A DNA stretch of 64,000 nt from Oculina patagonica (lineage: Eukaryota): contig NC_135760.1 in the NCBI RefSeq assembly GCF_052425735.1, forward strand, positions 434,001 to 498,000. Direction: 5' to 3'. This document shows, piece by piece, positions 23,158 through 34,900 of this stretch. The notes below the pieces were generated by a model. It was not told the origin of the DNA. It saw nothing but the letters and a program-made list of their open reading frames with translations, and made no database searches. Each line of letters starts with the position of its first letter. Positions within the stretch are counted from its first letter, which is position 1. Both the position numbers and the translations under genes were made by a program.

Positions 23158-26100
23158 ATGCCTGTTCTGCTCAAACGGAGTCGCCCGACAAAAGACCAAC
23201 AGAGAGCCGTACACGCGTACATTCGGCGACAAAGAGAGAAGGGGAAACAGGCTCTGGCTGAAAGCAAAGCTAAAGAGGAGGAAGAAAAAAAGCGAAAAAA
23301 GGAAGAAGAGAAAAAGAAAGAAACCGTGGAGGATGTGAAAAAGGAAATCGCTGAATTAGAGTCGAAGCTGGAACAATTGAAGCAGAAGAAACACGAGCTT
23401 TTTTCGCAATTCAAGAGAGCTTTAAATTATGAAAATGAAATGAAGAAGCAACAGGAGAATCAAGCTGCATTAAAGGCATCTGTTCATGTAGCAAGCAGTC
23501 CAAGAGGCGTGCAAGATTTGTCAGCAGGACAACCTACATTGACGCCCAATGTACACCCACAAACTACACTTGTGAATGTTGCCTCGAGTTCAGGTGTGAT
23601 ACAATGTAAATATACACTAATTATTATCAAAACCATCAACATTTCCCCAGGCAACCACTCTTGCCCGGATATACGGGTTATTGACCAAGCAGGAGATCAT
23701 AAATGGCTTGCTGTTGGCCAAGAACAAGGCCAATATCAAGTCATGTTGACTGAACAAGCTTTGCCAATAAATGAGCTGTATATAGTGTAAAGAACACGAA
23801 ATACTTTTCAAAATACTGAAATGCTGAAAAATCAGTAAGCTATTAACATGGCAAATTGAATATCCAATCGACCACAATACCTCATAACCCCACTAACCAC
23901 ACTTGAAAGTTCGTATTTGATACGCCGAAGTCTTACGCCAAATCCCTATGAAATTCGCCATAAGTTGGCGTAAATTATCGAGCTCCACGCCGAAGATCTT
24001 CGGCGTAACTAACATGTTTTCCAGACTGACCCACTTACTCTAACTGTTTTTCATTTCCCTTCAGAGTTCCAGTTACCAGGGTTCTACTGTACTTTTTTGG
24101 CGATTTTAGTTGATTTCCTTTGATTTCTTCACAAAAACTAATTTTGAGATGGCTAGCCTCCTTGAAAAAAATTATTTCATTTCATGTGCCTATTGTTTAT
24201 TAACGTTCTTATATGTCTTGTATTCAGGTGTGATCAGAAGGCAGGGAAGTCCTCCACATCCCCTCTCAGGTTTTATTCAGGCACAAATCCATTCTCAGCA
24301 TTTGCAAAACGTTCCAATGCCACATGTTCCTTACCCAACACCAGCAGCAAAGATGCATCCATCAGCAGCCCAAGAGAGATTTCCTGGATTTCAACACGGC
24401 CAAACACAGGCACCTGTTGTTCCAGGCAATCAGGTAATATTGGTAACTAACTGGACAGCTAAGGAATAGAGTGTGGATATGGAGTTCACTTGTTCAAAAT
24501 CGTGGAATATTGTGACTGTTTTTTAGTGCTGGAGATAAAAAATTAAAGATTCTTAGATTAGGCTGTTTCTAAAGGCCGAAGAAAGGGTGTAAAACATCTG
24601 AAAATGATGACAAACAATTGGGATGTGAAGTTGAAAAAAAAAATGGGCAAACATGCAGTACCAGGGATCAAACACTCCTTTTCCATACATGTTGCTGAAA
24701 AAACAAAAACAAAAAAAAAAAAAAACTGGGGTTTCTCTTGGGTTTCTCACATCATTCATGCCTGACTGAAATGCTTGGAAGTTCTGGGCAAAAAAATTTA
24801 CTTAGTCTATACAGATCTCTGTATGGGACTTCATTATCAGTATTGGATTTTTGAACTTTTGAATTTCAGATATGTCCCTCTCTGTAATTCAATCCCCTTG
24901 TTAATACACAGATTTATCATATCTTAAAACATAATTAATTTTGGAACAGAAAGTACGGTACATTTACTTTGTACTGAAAGGGAGAAATAAGGAAACTAAA
25001 ACTGACAACCTGATATCTAACTCTTGTAACTTTGCCGCAGCCTGAAAGCCAGTTTCCAGGAAAGCACCCTGCCCCTCCTCAGCTCACCCCAACTGGTACA
25101 ACTTCAGAGCCACAGCCTCAGTTTAACAGGCAGCCACTTCAACAAGGTGGACTGCCCCAGCAGGTAAACACATACTGTAATCAGCACAACATAACCTCTT
25201 GTCTGGCTACATTTTAAATGAAGTCTGTCCATTGCAAAAGTTTGTTTGTCTAGCTCAACCCTCCAAGTTAAGACCATTTTAGTCACCACGGCAACTAAAT
25301 TTTGGACTAAATTGGCTGGCGACTAAATTGGAACCAATGTCGCAAGCCTGGCGACCAAAATTGAGAAGAAGGATTGAAAGCATGAGCTATTTACAGTACC
25401 GCTCAGAAATAAGCGTCCATCACATACGCACCTTATGCACATATACGCACATACGCAGACGTACATACGCGCACGCACATACGCATACGCGCGTATGCAA
25501 CGAAACATAAACACATACGCAGTTCTTTGTTATTCATTCCTCTAAGTTTTCTTTGCGTTGTATTGTTGGGAAAAACAAAAGAAAAATCTTTGCGAGAAAA
25601 ACTTTAAAAGGCGGCAGACGATCGAGTAGTGTTTGTCTTGCCTTGAAGTACGTAGTTTTAGGACGATTATCGTTCGGCATTTCGAGACAAACAGACGAGA
25701 GTTTTGTTTACGTTACATGTATTGTAACAAGATTCAGCTGCTCATAAGTGTTGAAACAAAAGAAAACGATGTGCTTTTATTCGACAACAAACCGATTTAG
25801 TCAGTCTTCCTTGTATTTTACATGTAGCAATGTTAGGCCATTGAAAGAACAATCAACTATGGACAAAAGAAAAAACAATAAGCTAGCTCATGCATACTAA
25901 TTAAAAGAGCATACGCAGAGTATACGCGCATACGCATACGCAGATACACACATACGCAGACGCGCGTATGCAAAAAAGCATACGCGTATTTCGGGTATAT
26001 TTTAGGACGCTTATTTCTGAGCGGTACTGTAGCAACTAAAATTTTTCACTGGCGGCCAAACTTGAGCAGTCGGTGGCCAAATGGCCACTAAGGGAAAAAA

Positions 26101-28354
26101 TTGAACTTGGAGTGTTGTAGCTACATGACAAATGACATCTGACTATTGGAAAACTTGGTTGTTACTGTCATTTCCATTCTCTAGATTTGGAGTTTTTTGA
26201 GTTATCATTGATAAAGAATCCAGTAGACCCTTTTTATTACAAGACTAAGTTTGTCAGGGGGCCATTGCATTGCTGGTCCAATATTTTTTGGGTATTTGAC
26301 CAGGTACTTTCCCAAATGATCCTGCATGAGCAAGCTTCATAATTTGTTCTTTTGTAGGAAAATCAGCAGGTATTTCCAGGACACCAGTTACAGCAAAAAC
26401 AGCAGCAACAGCAATTTCCTTACCATGTGCAACAACAACAGCAACAGCCACAACAACAGCAGCCAGGTTACCAGCAGTATGCACAACACAACAGTCACAA
26501 GCAACCTTTCCAGCCGCCTGCACACCCACAAACACAACAACAACCAAGCTCAGCACAGCATAACCAAGGACCTCAGCATGGGTACCCTGCACAGCATGCC
26601 CAGGACCAACCACATCTTCAGTCTTATCCAGTTCACGGCTCTAACGTGCACCAGATGCAATCACAGCAGTCTTATCAGGTGCATTCTCAACAACAGGGAT
26701 ACCAAGCAAAGCAGCAACCTGGTGCTTACCAAGCTCAGCAAGCACCACTGAGTGGCCAGCAGCATGGATACCATCCACAGCAACAGCAGCAACAGCAGCA
26801 GGCTGGGCAGTACCCTGCAGCACATGGACACCAAGGGCAGCAGCCCGACCAGATGCCACACAGGCAGCAAACAATAGTGCCACAGCAGTTTCACCAACAG
26901 CAGGGAAGCCAGAGCCAAGGTCGACAAGTGCCATATGATGCAGGGCATCAATCCCAGCAGATGCCTCCACCACCGCAGCAGCAGCACCAGAAGCCAGAAC
27001 AGAGGCCAGGCACAGGTCTTGGGTATTCCCAGCACTACACAGTAAGTTCATGACTCGGGTTGTGTGCAATACCAATAGGATTAGGTCCCAAAATGTTAGG
27101 CGATTCTGTCTGATTCTGTCTGTTGACATGAGCCTCCAGCGTGAAAAGAAGTGCATGTCCGAATGCCTGGGGCTAGGGGATTTAACAGTTGGCAGGAAAA
27201 ATTTTTTTTAATGCTTATAAGGATTTTTTTGGGCTTGTCAAAATGACTTTTGGGTTGGTACATCCTGGCTACAGCTTTCCAAAAGGCACCCTGGCCTCTC
27301 AGTAATGTTGTCTTGAATTACAACATGTACATGTTTGTGTTTTTGTTGCACTATTAAGTGGAAATATCTCAATTGTATTTTTTTTTTTTTACAAAATGTT
27401 CTGTTATTTTCCACAGCATGATTATCAACAGCACCATCCTCAGGGACCTCAGTCAGTAAAGAGACCCAGTCACAAATTTAGTCCTTATCCATACTCTGGA
27501 TCAAAGGGCCACCATCAGGGAAGTGCTGGGAAGAAATATCCAGAAAAGTACAAAAGCTCCATGGAAGGAACACCATCTTCAGGGTCATACTCAGGTAACT
27601 TCAAATCTAGTAATCTTGGATCTACAGTAAATGAGACCTAGATATAATTTGTGTTAATTGTAAGGATTACAGTTCGCAGCAGGTAAGCCAATTTTAGTCA
27701 CCTGATGAAAAAACAATCTTTACTAGTTTCCTTTGTAGACATTCATAGACAAGTCTATGAGTGGAGCAGAGTTTGTTGGGCAGTGTTGGCCATAATAGAT
27801 CATGTGACAGCTTCAGAGGGGCATTGTTGTCAGCTAGTGAAAATAAAACGAAATTGACATCTGGCAGGACTCATGCACAATGAAAACACTAGTAAACATG
27901 ATTGCAGTAACCTTAGCCAGTGCCTTCTGGTATGCAATCTTAATCAATAATGGCATTGCTTTAGCCTTACCAAGCTGAGATAGTTTTAGTGTAACCAACA
28001 GGAGGTTGAGCACAGGGTTGGAAATTAGCACTAGCCTGCTCACCCAAAACTGATCTAAGCGGTATCAGGCAAGTGGAGATCTAAATGCCCAAATAAGGAG
28101 TGCTCTCAAATTGATGTTTCCTACTGCAAAGCTTGTAAAACATGTTGGTCAACAAGCACTTTCTTTGTGAGTCTTCAGTATGCGGTTAATAAATGTTCAT
28201 AAAATGTTTATCGGGGTGGTATGTTTTAACGTCCACAGGACCTTCAGGAGGTTCCTCACACTCAAGACACCATCATCATCAAGGCAGGAGTCACAAGGCT
28301 GGAACAGGTTATGGTTCCTCCAGCCAGCAGAAGCCATCCAGGTATTATCAGTAA
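23158..28354 (+). CDS. GPS2: G protein pathway suppressor 2 (NCoR/HDAC3 complex subunit) with long Q/P/H-rich C-terminal region, 6 exons
   Basis: Exons 23158-23593, 24228-24433, 25041-25163, 26358-27041, 27417-27594, 28239-28354 are phase-compatible. The N-terminus MPVLLKRSRP...RAVHAYIRRQRE and the coiled coil ...LEQLKQKKHELFSQFKRAL resemble the GPS2 N-terminal domain. The C-terminus PSRYYQ* resembles the vertebrate ...PRFYHK end. Confidence 0.85.
25256..26117. mobile_element. hAT5-like MITE (5-bp TSD TAGCT) with nested Tc1-type element 25394-26029
   Basis: Outer element: CAACCCTCCAAGTT...AACTTGGAGTGTTG flanked by TAGCT. Inner element: TA-CAGTACCGCTCAGAAATAAGCGTCC...GGACGCTTATTTCTGAGCGGTACTG-TA, with CATACG subterminal repeats. 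Confidence 0.85.
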
Positions 28355-28765
28355 GAACACACTAGATGCCTACTGCAGAATCCAAGCTGACCAGGTATTA
28401 CCAGTGAGGATTCAACAAAAAAGGCTGGCCAGGTATTGCCAGTGAAGATCCAGCAAAGGCTGTCCAGATATTTCCAGAACACACCAGATGCTTACAGCAG
28501 AATCCAAGCTGACCAGGTATTACCAGTGAGAATTCAACAAAAAAGGCTGGCCAGGTATTGCCAGTGAAGATCCAGCAAAGGCTGTCCAGGTATTTCCAGA
28601 ACACACCAGCTGCGTACAGCAGAATCCAAGCTGTCCAGTCATTACCAATCAGGATTCAACTACGGATTCAACAGAAAAGCTCGCCATGTATTACCGTTGA
28701 AGATTCAACAGCAACTGTCCAGGTTTTACGAGTGAACATTCAACAAAGAAAGGCTGTCCAGGAAA
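28338..28765 (+). repeat. Degenerate tandem array derived from the GPS2 terminal codons (11 units; 122-bp higher-order repeat)
   Basis: CCAGGTATTACCAGTGA-like cores at 28338, 28391, 28429, 28464, 28513, 28551, 28586, 28635, 28684, 28719, 28758. Confidence 0.9.
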
Positions 28766-30059
28766 GGGAATCTGCCCAGCACTTTGAGAAGTATGAATTT
28801 GCTGGATTTTGAAAAAACAACGAAAAACAATAATCTGGAAGAGAAAATAATCAGTGAGATTCTGCGCATGAGAACAACTTTGACACAAAAAAACACTAAA
28901 AAAATAGTTACGTAATGTTTGAGAAGTAGAAAGTGAAATCTATATGGCAAATATGGTACAAAGTGAAAAGTGGTCACGATTTCTTCTGGGACTGGCCTGG
29001 GGTAAAATGTGAGATAAACATGACATCTATAGAGGCTACTCCAACTAGACTTATCATTGTAGGTTAACCATCGTTAGTTTTTGCCAGTGTTAATGGGTGA
29101 CAATCAAAGAAGACAGGGAGACCTCAAAAGAGGTCAAGTCTTGATAATTGAACGGATGGACAATTACTAGACTTTCTCAAAGTCCTTTGACGCGCGGTTT
29201 AGTTCGTCGCGCTTTTCGGCTCTCTTCGCTCGCCAATAGAGGGCGACTTGGTGCAAGTCTAGACAATTACATGTAAGAGATAATGATGTCCAGAACAGTG
29301 TTTTCAAAAATGTGTTATCTTGAATTTTTATCCATTACCGGTATTTTAGTTTTTTAATTTTAATCTCATATTCAAGTTCTTAATATCTTTTCTCTATGAG
29401 CCTATCAATTGTTTACAGCAGTTTGGAAAAATACATAATTATTAATTTTCCTCTTCTATGCTTTCCTCTCAGAACGTTTATAATGGAACATTGCAGTTTG
29501 TTTTTGTTATGTAACATTTCAGTAAAAACTGATGTTAGCATACATTGTGATATACCATAACAATAAAGCATCCCATTAAATCAAAGGCTCTTCGAGCAAC
29601 CTCATGGTAATCTGCAATTCGATGAAGTGCCGACCGCCAATTTTCCAAATAGCGTCCATAGTCGCTCCACCTCGCCCCGAGAGACACGTGTGTGGAGCTG
29701 CTACACGTCACACTGCAAGCGTACGCGCGCGCCGCACACGTCACTCTCACTTGAATCCGCCGGATGACCGCGCCTTTGCCCCCACGAAGTGCGAATGCGG
29801 CCGCCACACCGCAAATGACCCCGAGTGTCGCGAGCGGAGAGGAAAGAGAGAAGAGTGGGGACCAAGACGCGGACGCGAACGCCCCCGGGCGCGGCGAGCC
29901 TGAGGCCGACGGGCCCGACATCCCCAGACCCCGAGAGAGACGGGAAGAAGAAGTGTGAAGGAGAACCGAGCACGACTGATGAGAGCGGAGAAGGAGTGAG
30001 CGAGGGCGAGGGACCAGGACACTACACCTCAACCATTCGGTAAAAATGACAGTGTACTT

Positions 30060-30441
30060 TGTTTGTGCGTTTTCGATAAATTCTCAATAATGTTTTAAGA
30101 CTGCTTTGTAACTTCATCCAAAATTTTCTCGAAAACGCTCTCATAGAAATCCTTCAAATTGCGCAGACGTTGACAAAACTATGTCAAGTCCAAGATCTAG
30201 AAGCCTTTTTTCAAAATTATATTTCTATTACAAGAAAATCGGTCTCCTGTTAAATCGGTGGTGACGTCACTATGTTGCTATGGTTACTCCGATTTCGATG
30301 AAACTTATATCATTCGAAACTTTTATCTTTCTTTAGTACAGCTGTACTGATTGATTTTCAGTCGGATTGTTTACGGTGGCGTACAAGTTGCTCAAAGTTG
30401 AAAGGTATCGTCACTCAAAAATCCGATCGAGCCACCTTTAA
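30060..30441 (-). mobile_element. DNA transposon end at TTAA (Kolobok-like), partial
   Basis: Minus strand reads TTAA-AGGTGGCTCGATCGG. The opposite end was not found. Confidence 0.3.
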
Positions 30442-30537
30442 GGTACCTGACCGGGCAATTTTTTTTACGCCCACTTTAGACACTTAGTTTTTTTTTCGAA
30501 TTTTATGAAAGAGGAAAGAGGAAAATGTTCAATACAA

Positions 30538-30590
30538 TGTGCCCCGGGGTGGAATCGAACTCGGGTCGTCTGCCTGAAGAGCGAGTGGGA
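30538..30590 (-). pseudogene. tRNA-like 3' half (SINE head or tRNA fragment)
   Basis: Minus strand CCCGAGTTCGATTCCACCCCGGGGCA contains a B-box/T-arm. No complete cloverleaf. Confidence 0.4.
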
Positions 30591-31925
30591 ATTAGTAAAT
30601 TTTAACTATATATCGTGTTTTCCTTACAAATATTTGAGAGTGCCAGGATTTCCAAGAGAGGATACAACAATGTCCGAAGCCTCCCGAAGACGTCCGAGGT
30701 ATTCCGAAGACGTTCCGAACATATCCCGATCCTAGTGCGTGGATGTGTTTTGCTTAACACGACCCCATTCCAAATGCGTTTCTCATCAAAACTCTGAGAT
30801 TTCGGAGAAAGTATCGTCATTTACTCATTTTCCATGGAGTTTTTGTTTCTCACATTGGTTTTAGTTTACATTTTTTGGGAAAGTGTGTCCGTTTTGGTTG
30901 TAAAAGCTCACATTTTTCGACCAGGCGTGAGAAATTGGTTCGTAAGCGTGAGTTGGCGTGAGATTGAAGTTTTCAACTCGCAGGCGTGAGACTCACGCCC
31001 AAGGCGTGAGAGTTGGCAGGTATAGGCTTACCTGAGTGAATAGTAGGCTAACCAGAGTGCATAGATTAGTGCATAGCAGGCTAACCGATACTAGTTACCA
31101 GTCGACGACCGTAAGTGGCAGCCATCTTGAAGTGGGCGTAAAAAGGAACCAACCAGCAGGTCCAACCAAATGCAATAAATTTATGTTTGCATCCCTCAAA
31201 TCCCAATTAAAGCACAGCTTTAACAGTACTGGTTCAAAATCGCCCCCTTTCGGGTGTTCCGGTAAAATCTAAGATGGCAGCCACAGCGAGTATATGGCTC
31301 CCGGTGACGTCACTTTTTGTGGCAGCCCGCGTCACGTTTTCCCGCCAATTTCCATGCATTTTACCATTTTACCTATATCCTATTTTCTCGGATTTTCTCG
31401 TTGCAGTTGGTATTTTAAATTTTTTAAGCTTACGTTTTTCGCCTTTTTCCACAGCTTTTGTCGGTTTGTCTCAAACGAACAGTCTATTCAGTTTCGTATG
31501 TTATGTATTGCACATAAGAAAGTGCATAGAACTGAACTTTGTAGATTTAGAAACTTCTGGGGCTGAATAAGCTTAGATCAGTACAGCTCACTGGAAATGT
31601 TTTGTGAAATAATCGTAAGATACAAAATGTAGTTTTTGTGGGAGTTTAAAGACCCTGTATTAAGCAGACGTTTTTAAAGGTAAGAATTTTTTTTTTCTAT
31701 CTTTCTTATCACTCTTTACTTTGAATATCTGTGCAAAGTTAAAGCTAGTTCTGTCTAGCTACAATTCCCTTGCTATAGGCTTGGATTGTTTTCAATAAAC
31801 TAAACTTGGATCGTTTTTAAGTTTAAACTTAAGCTTAAGCTTAATTTTCTGTTTTGTTTTCTCGATTGCAGTAATAACTGGAGTGAAGATTTTTTTGGAA
31901 AATATCCTTTAAGCTGAACTTTAAC

Positions 31926-34900
31926 ATGGATGAATCATCACAGAACTCATTTTACGAAGGTAAGCAACTTGTACTTGGACATTGTTATAAAAAGATAACG
32001 AACGATTCACACAGGTTCATTTGGCTCTGTGTTGTCCTTTGTTTCAAAGCTTTTTTTCGCTCGGTACTGTTTTGCCCTGCTTTTTTGTAACACATTCCAT
32101 AAGCTCATTGCTTATACAGGCTGGTATATTAAACTTGACGCTGCGTTTGACGTGGAAATCCAATTTCGAAAGTGACCAGTAAAATTATCAGTTTTCTGTT
32201 GGGCTATGATAGTAGTTCTTTTTAATTTTTCAACTCTTCAAAATTCGTGGTTTGTAATCTACTACTTATTGACCAGGAATATGTCGCATAATTTTACGTC
32301 ACGATTTTAGGATTTTTAGTTTCAGTGAAATTACGGAATCAGTAGAAATAGTGACGTCATAATTAAAAGGGACTTATGACGTCACTATACTTGTTAGTTA
32401 ATTACCTTGCTGATCACGATCTCGCCGAGGTAGAACCTCAGCCAATCACAGGAGTTGTCTTACATACAATGTATTGAATTTCACCAGATAACCTCCTGGT
32501 GAGCGGCATAACAACCGAGGTTAAAGGCCACCTGAAGGACGAAAGGCTCTCCACCTTTAAAAGCATCTGTCAGCAGTTAAGAGTGGAAACACCAGAACCA
32601 ATCCAAAATGTGCTGCGCGCAAACGATGCGTCTGATTTTACAGTGCCCGATTGTGATGATCAAAAATGCCAGTTAGAGATTCAACAAGATATCAATCACA
32701 CAACAACAATGTCAAACTCCCTGCCCCGTGAACATCGAACAGTTCCATCCATAGAGATGTGTGGTGAAAGATCTTCGATAGTTGATAACTTCAAGGATTT
32801 GAGGGTCATCTCACAAGAATATTCTACAGAGTGTGCACCTCATATTTTGCCACTGGGTAAAAGCTTACACGATAGCCACGCGTCCAGTCAAGACATCACA
32901 GGAAAACCAGAAGTTTCGCAAGATGAGGTATACCTTGTTTGGAATGCCCAAGGCCAGTCGAAAATTGAACTATCGAACAAAGGTAAGTGCTTGTTTAGAC
33001 GTGATGGGTTAAGGGCAGGGGCTTACAAAAGAAGGGAAGACTCAGAATTAGAGAGTTTTCTCCTATCATATGTGATCCATAACCAGCCCACCGTCTTCAA
33101 TAAAGCCGTAATTAATCTTGAAATTCGCTAGCTAATATCGACAACTATTTCCGAACAACGAGCTTACACGGAAATAAAAATTCATTGATTATACCCCGAA
33201 TCCCATACTGTGTAAAAAGTAAAAAGCAACGCGTACTCTTATCTTGCTATCTTTTCAAATATTTTTACAGGTTTTTTTGATATAAGTCGATGGAAAGAAC
33301 TACTTTTAGAATTTTGTTAAATTTGCTGCCTAGCCAATAGTATTGCGAGTTTGCTAATAGTCAGGTTCATTTAGGGAATATGCAATTTTAAACCATTTTA
33401 AAAAATTTCATATTCTTGACATTGTGAACTCAAAAGTGTGACTCCACAGTCAAATGAGTTGAAGTTACAAGTATCATATTTTCATTTCAGTTCCAGCAAG
33501 TTGGCCAGCCATTGGAGTAAAATCAATTGTAACAGAAGATAAAGGTGTGTGTTATTACGTCAATTATTATGACGTATCTCACTTAACGACGATAATTAGC
33601 GAGGAAAAACTGACTCATAACGAGCGCTTATTGAAATCCTAGTAAGACTTAATTACTGTACTAGTAATAATTGGAAATTAGTGAAGTACGTTCGATAGGG
33701 AGGGGTGATAAGGGAGAGGGGAGGAGGAAAAGTTGGAGGCAATGGGGTGCAAGGGGTGGGAAGTACCAAGTAGCCGTATCGGCTTAATTGAATTGTTTTT
33801 GCGCGCGCTGTCTTTTCGGCTCAATGTCATTGGTGACGTTGCTGTGACGCAATTAATTGCTCTCTTATGTTTTCTCACATGAGATCAAGGCCATCTGTGC
33901 CAGCTTGTCAGTCCAAAATGGCATCAAACTGTGAAATCGAATGTCTTTGAATAATATGCGTTCGACGGAGGAGAACGCAACGAAGTTTAAACTTGAATTC
34001 CCCACCTATAACTTAAAATATTGCAAACCAAGGGAACGGCCGATGAATAAACATAATGACGAACGCATACGTTTAGTCTCCAACCTCGTTCCCATGCAGG
34101 GAAACAAGGGAAAAAACACTCTCCTGCTAAGCAGAAAGTTTGCAAATTTTACACAATGTTGTAATTGCCGTCTCAGTATTTCGAACAAATACATAAGATA
34201 TGTTTTACCTTTTAACAGTTACACCCGATCAACCAACCTTGTCTTTCTTCACATTGGTCAAGCAAGCGCAACTGCTGTCTGATGAACAGCTTCAACAAGT
34301 AAAAGGGCCGGAACACATGCCGGAACACAGTGACCACTCTGACCAGTGTACCAGATCAATCCTGAAGAGAAACACCACCTTAAATGAAACATTTGGTTCA
34401 CCTGCCGAGAAGTTCGCTAAAATGGACTTTGATACTGAGATAGAAACTTCCAGTGAAGATCGCGAATTCTTTTCCCAAGAGGAGACAATTAACGATGACA
34501 ATGATCACTCTCGTACTAACGCTGACCAGGAAGTACCTTTTCAGGAAGAAAATAGCGGCTCTAAGGAACAGGCTGTTGTAGAAGGAAAAATGCTTACCAA
34601 CGCTATTTCGACCGTGTCCTCTTTCGGTGAGAGACCATCCTTGAATTCCGAAGATAACATCTTGGACTGGCAAGGTTCAACTGAAGACCATTTTCACATT
34701 AAAAAAGCACCATTCCACGAAGAGCCAAACACTACAGGACCATGTACTGAGTCGTTTTGCTTGAAATTTTCCGAGAAGGACCATGGTAAAGAGACACCCA
34801 GGAAAGAAGGTTTGCCCGTTGTTGAAGAGGCTGGAGCCTCGTCAACGAACGCTAAACATGGAGGAGGTGAACCACGCCTAACCGACCAGCTTAGGAAAAA

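Noticed and set aside
26254-27156. Antisense and alternate-frame ORFs over the GPS2 Q-rich exon
   Set aside because: Shadow ORFs of CAG/CAA-rich coding sequence.
28338-28765. CRISPR-like repeat-spacer array
   Set aside because: The 'spacers' are themselves repeated with a 122-bp period, the context is a eukaryotic 3'UTR, and there are no cas genes.
30538-30590. Functional tRNA gene
   Set aside because: Only the T-arm/B-box half is recognisable; no acceptor stem or D-arm.
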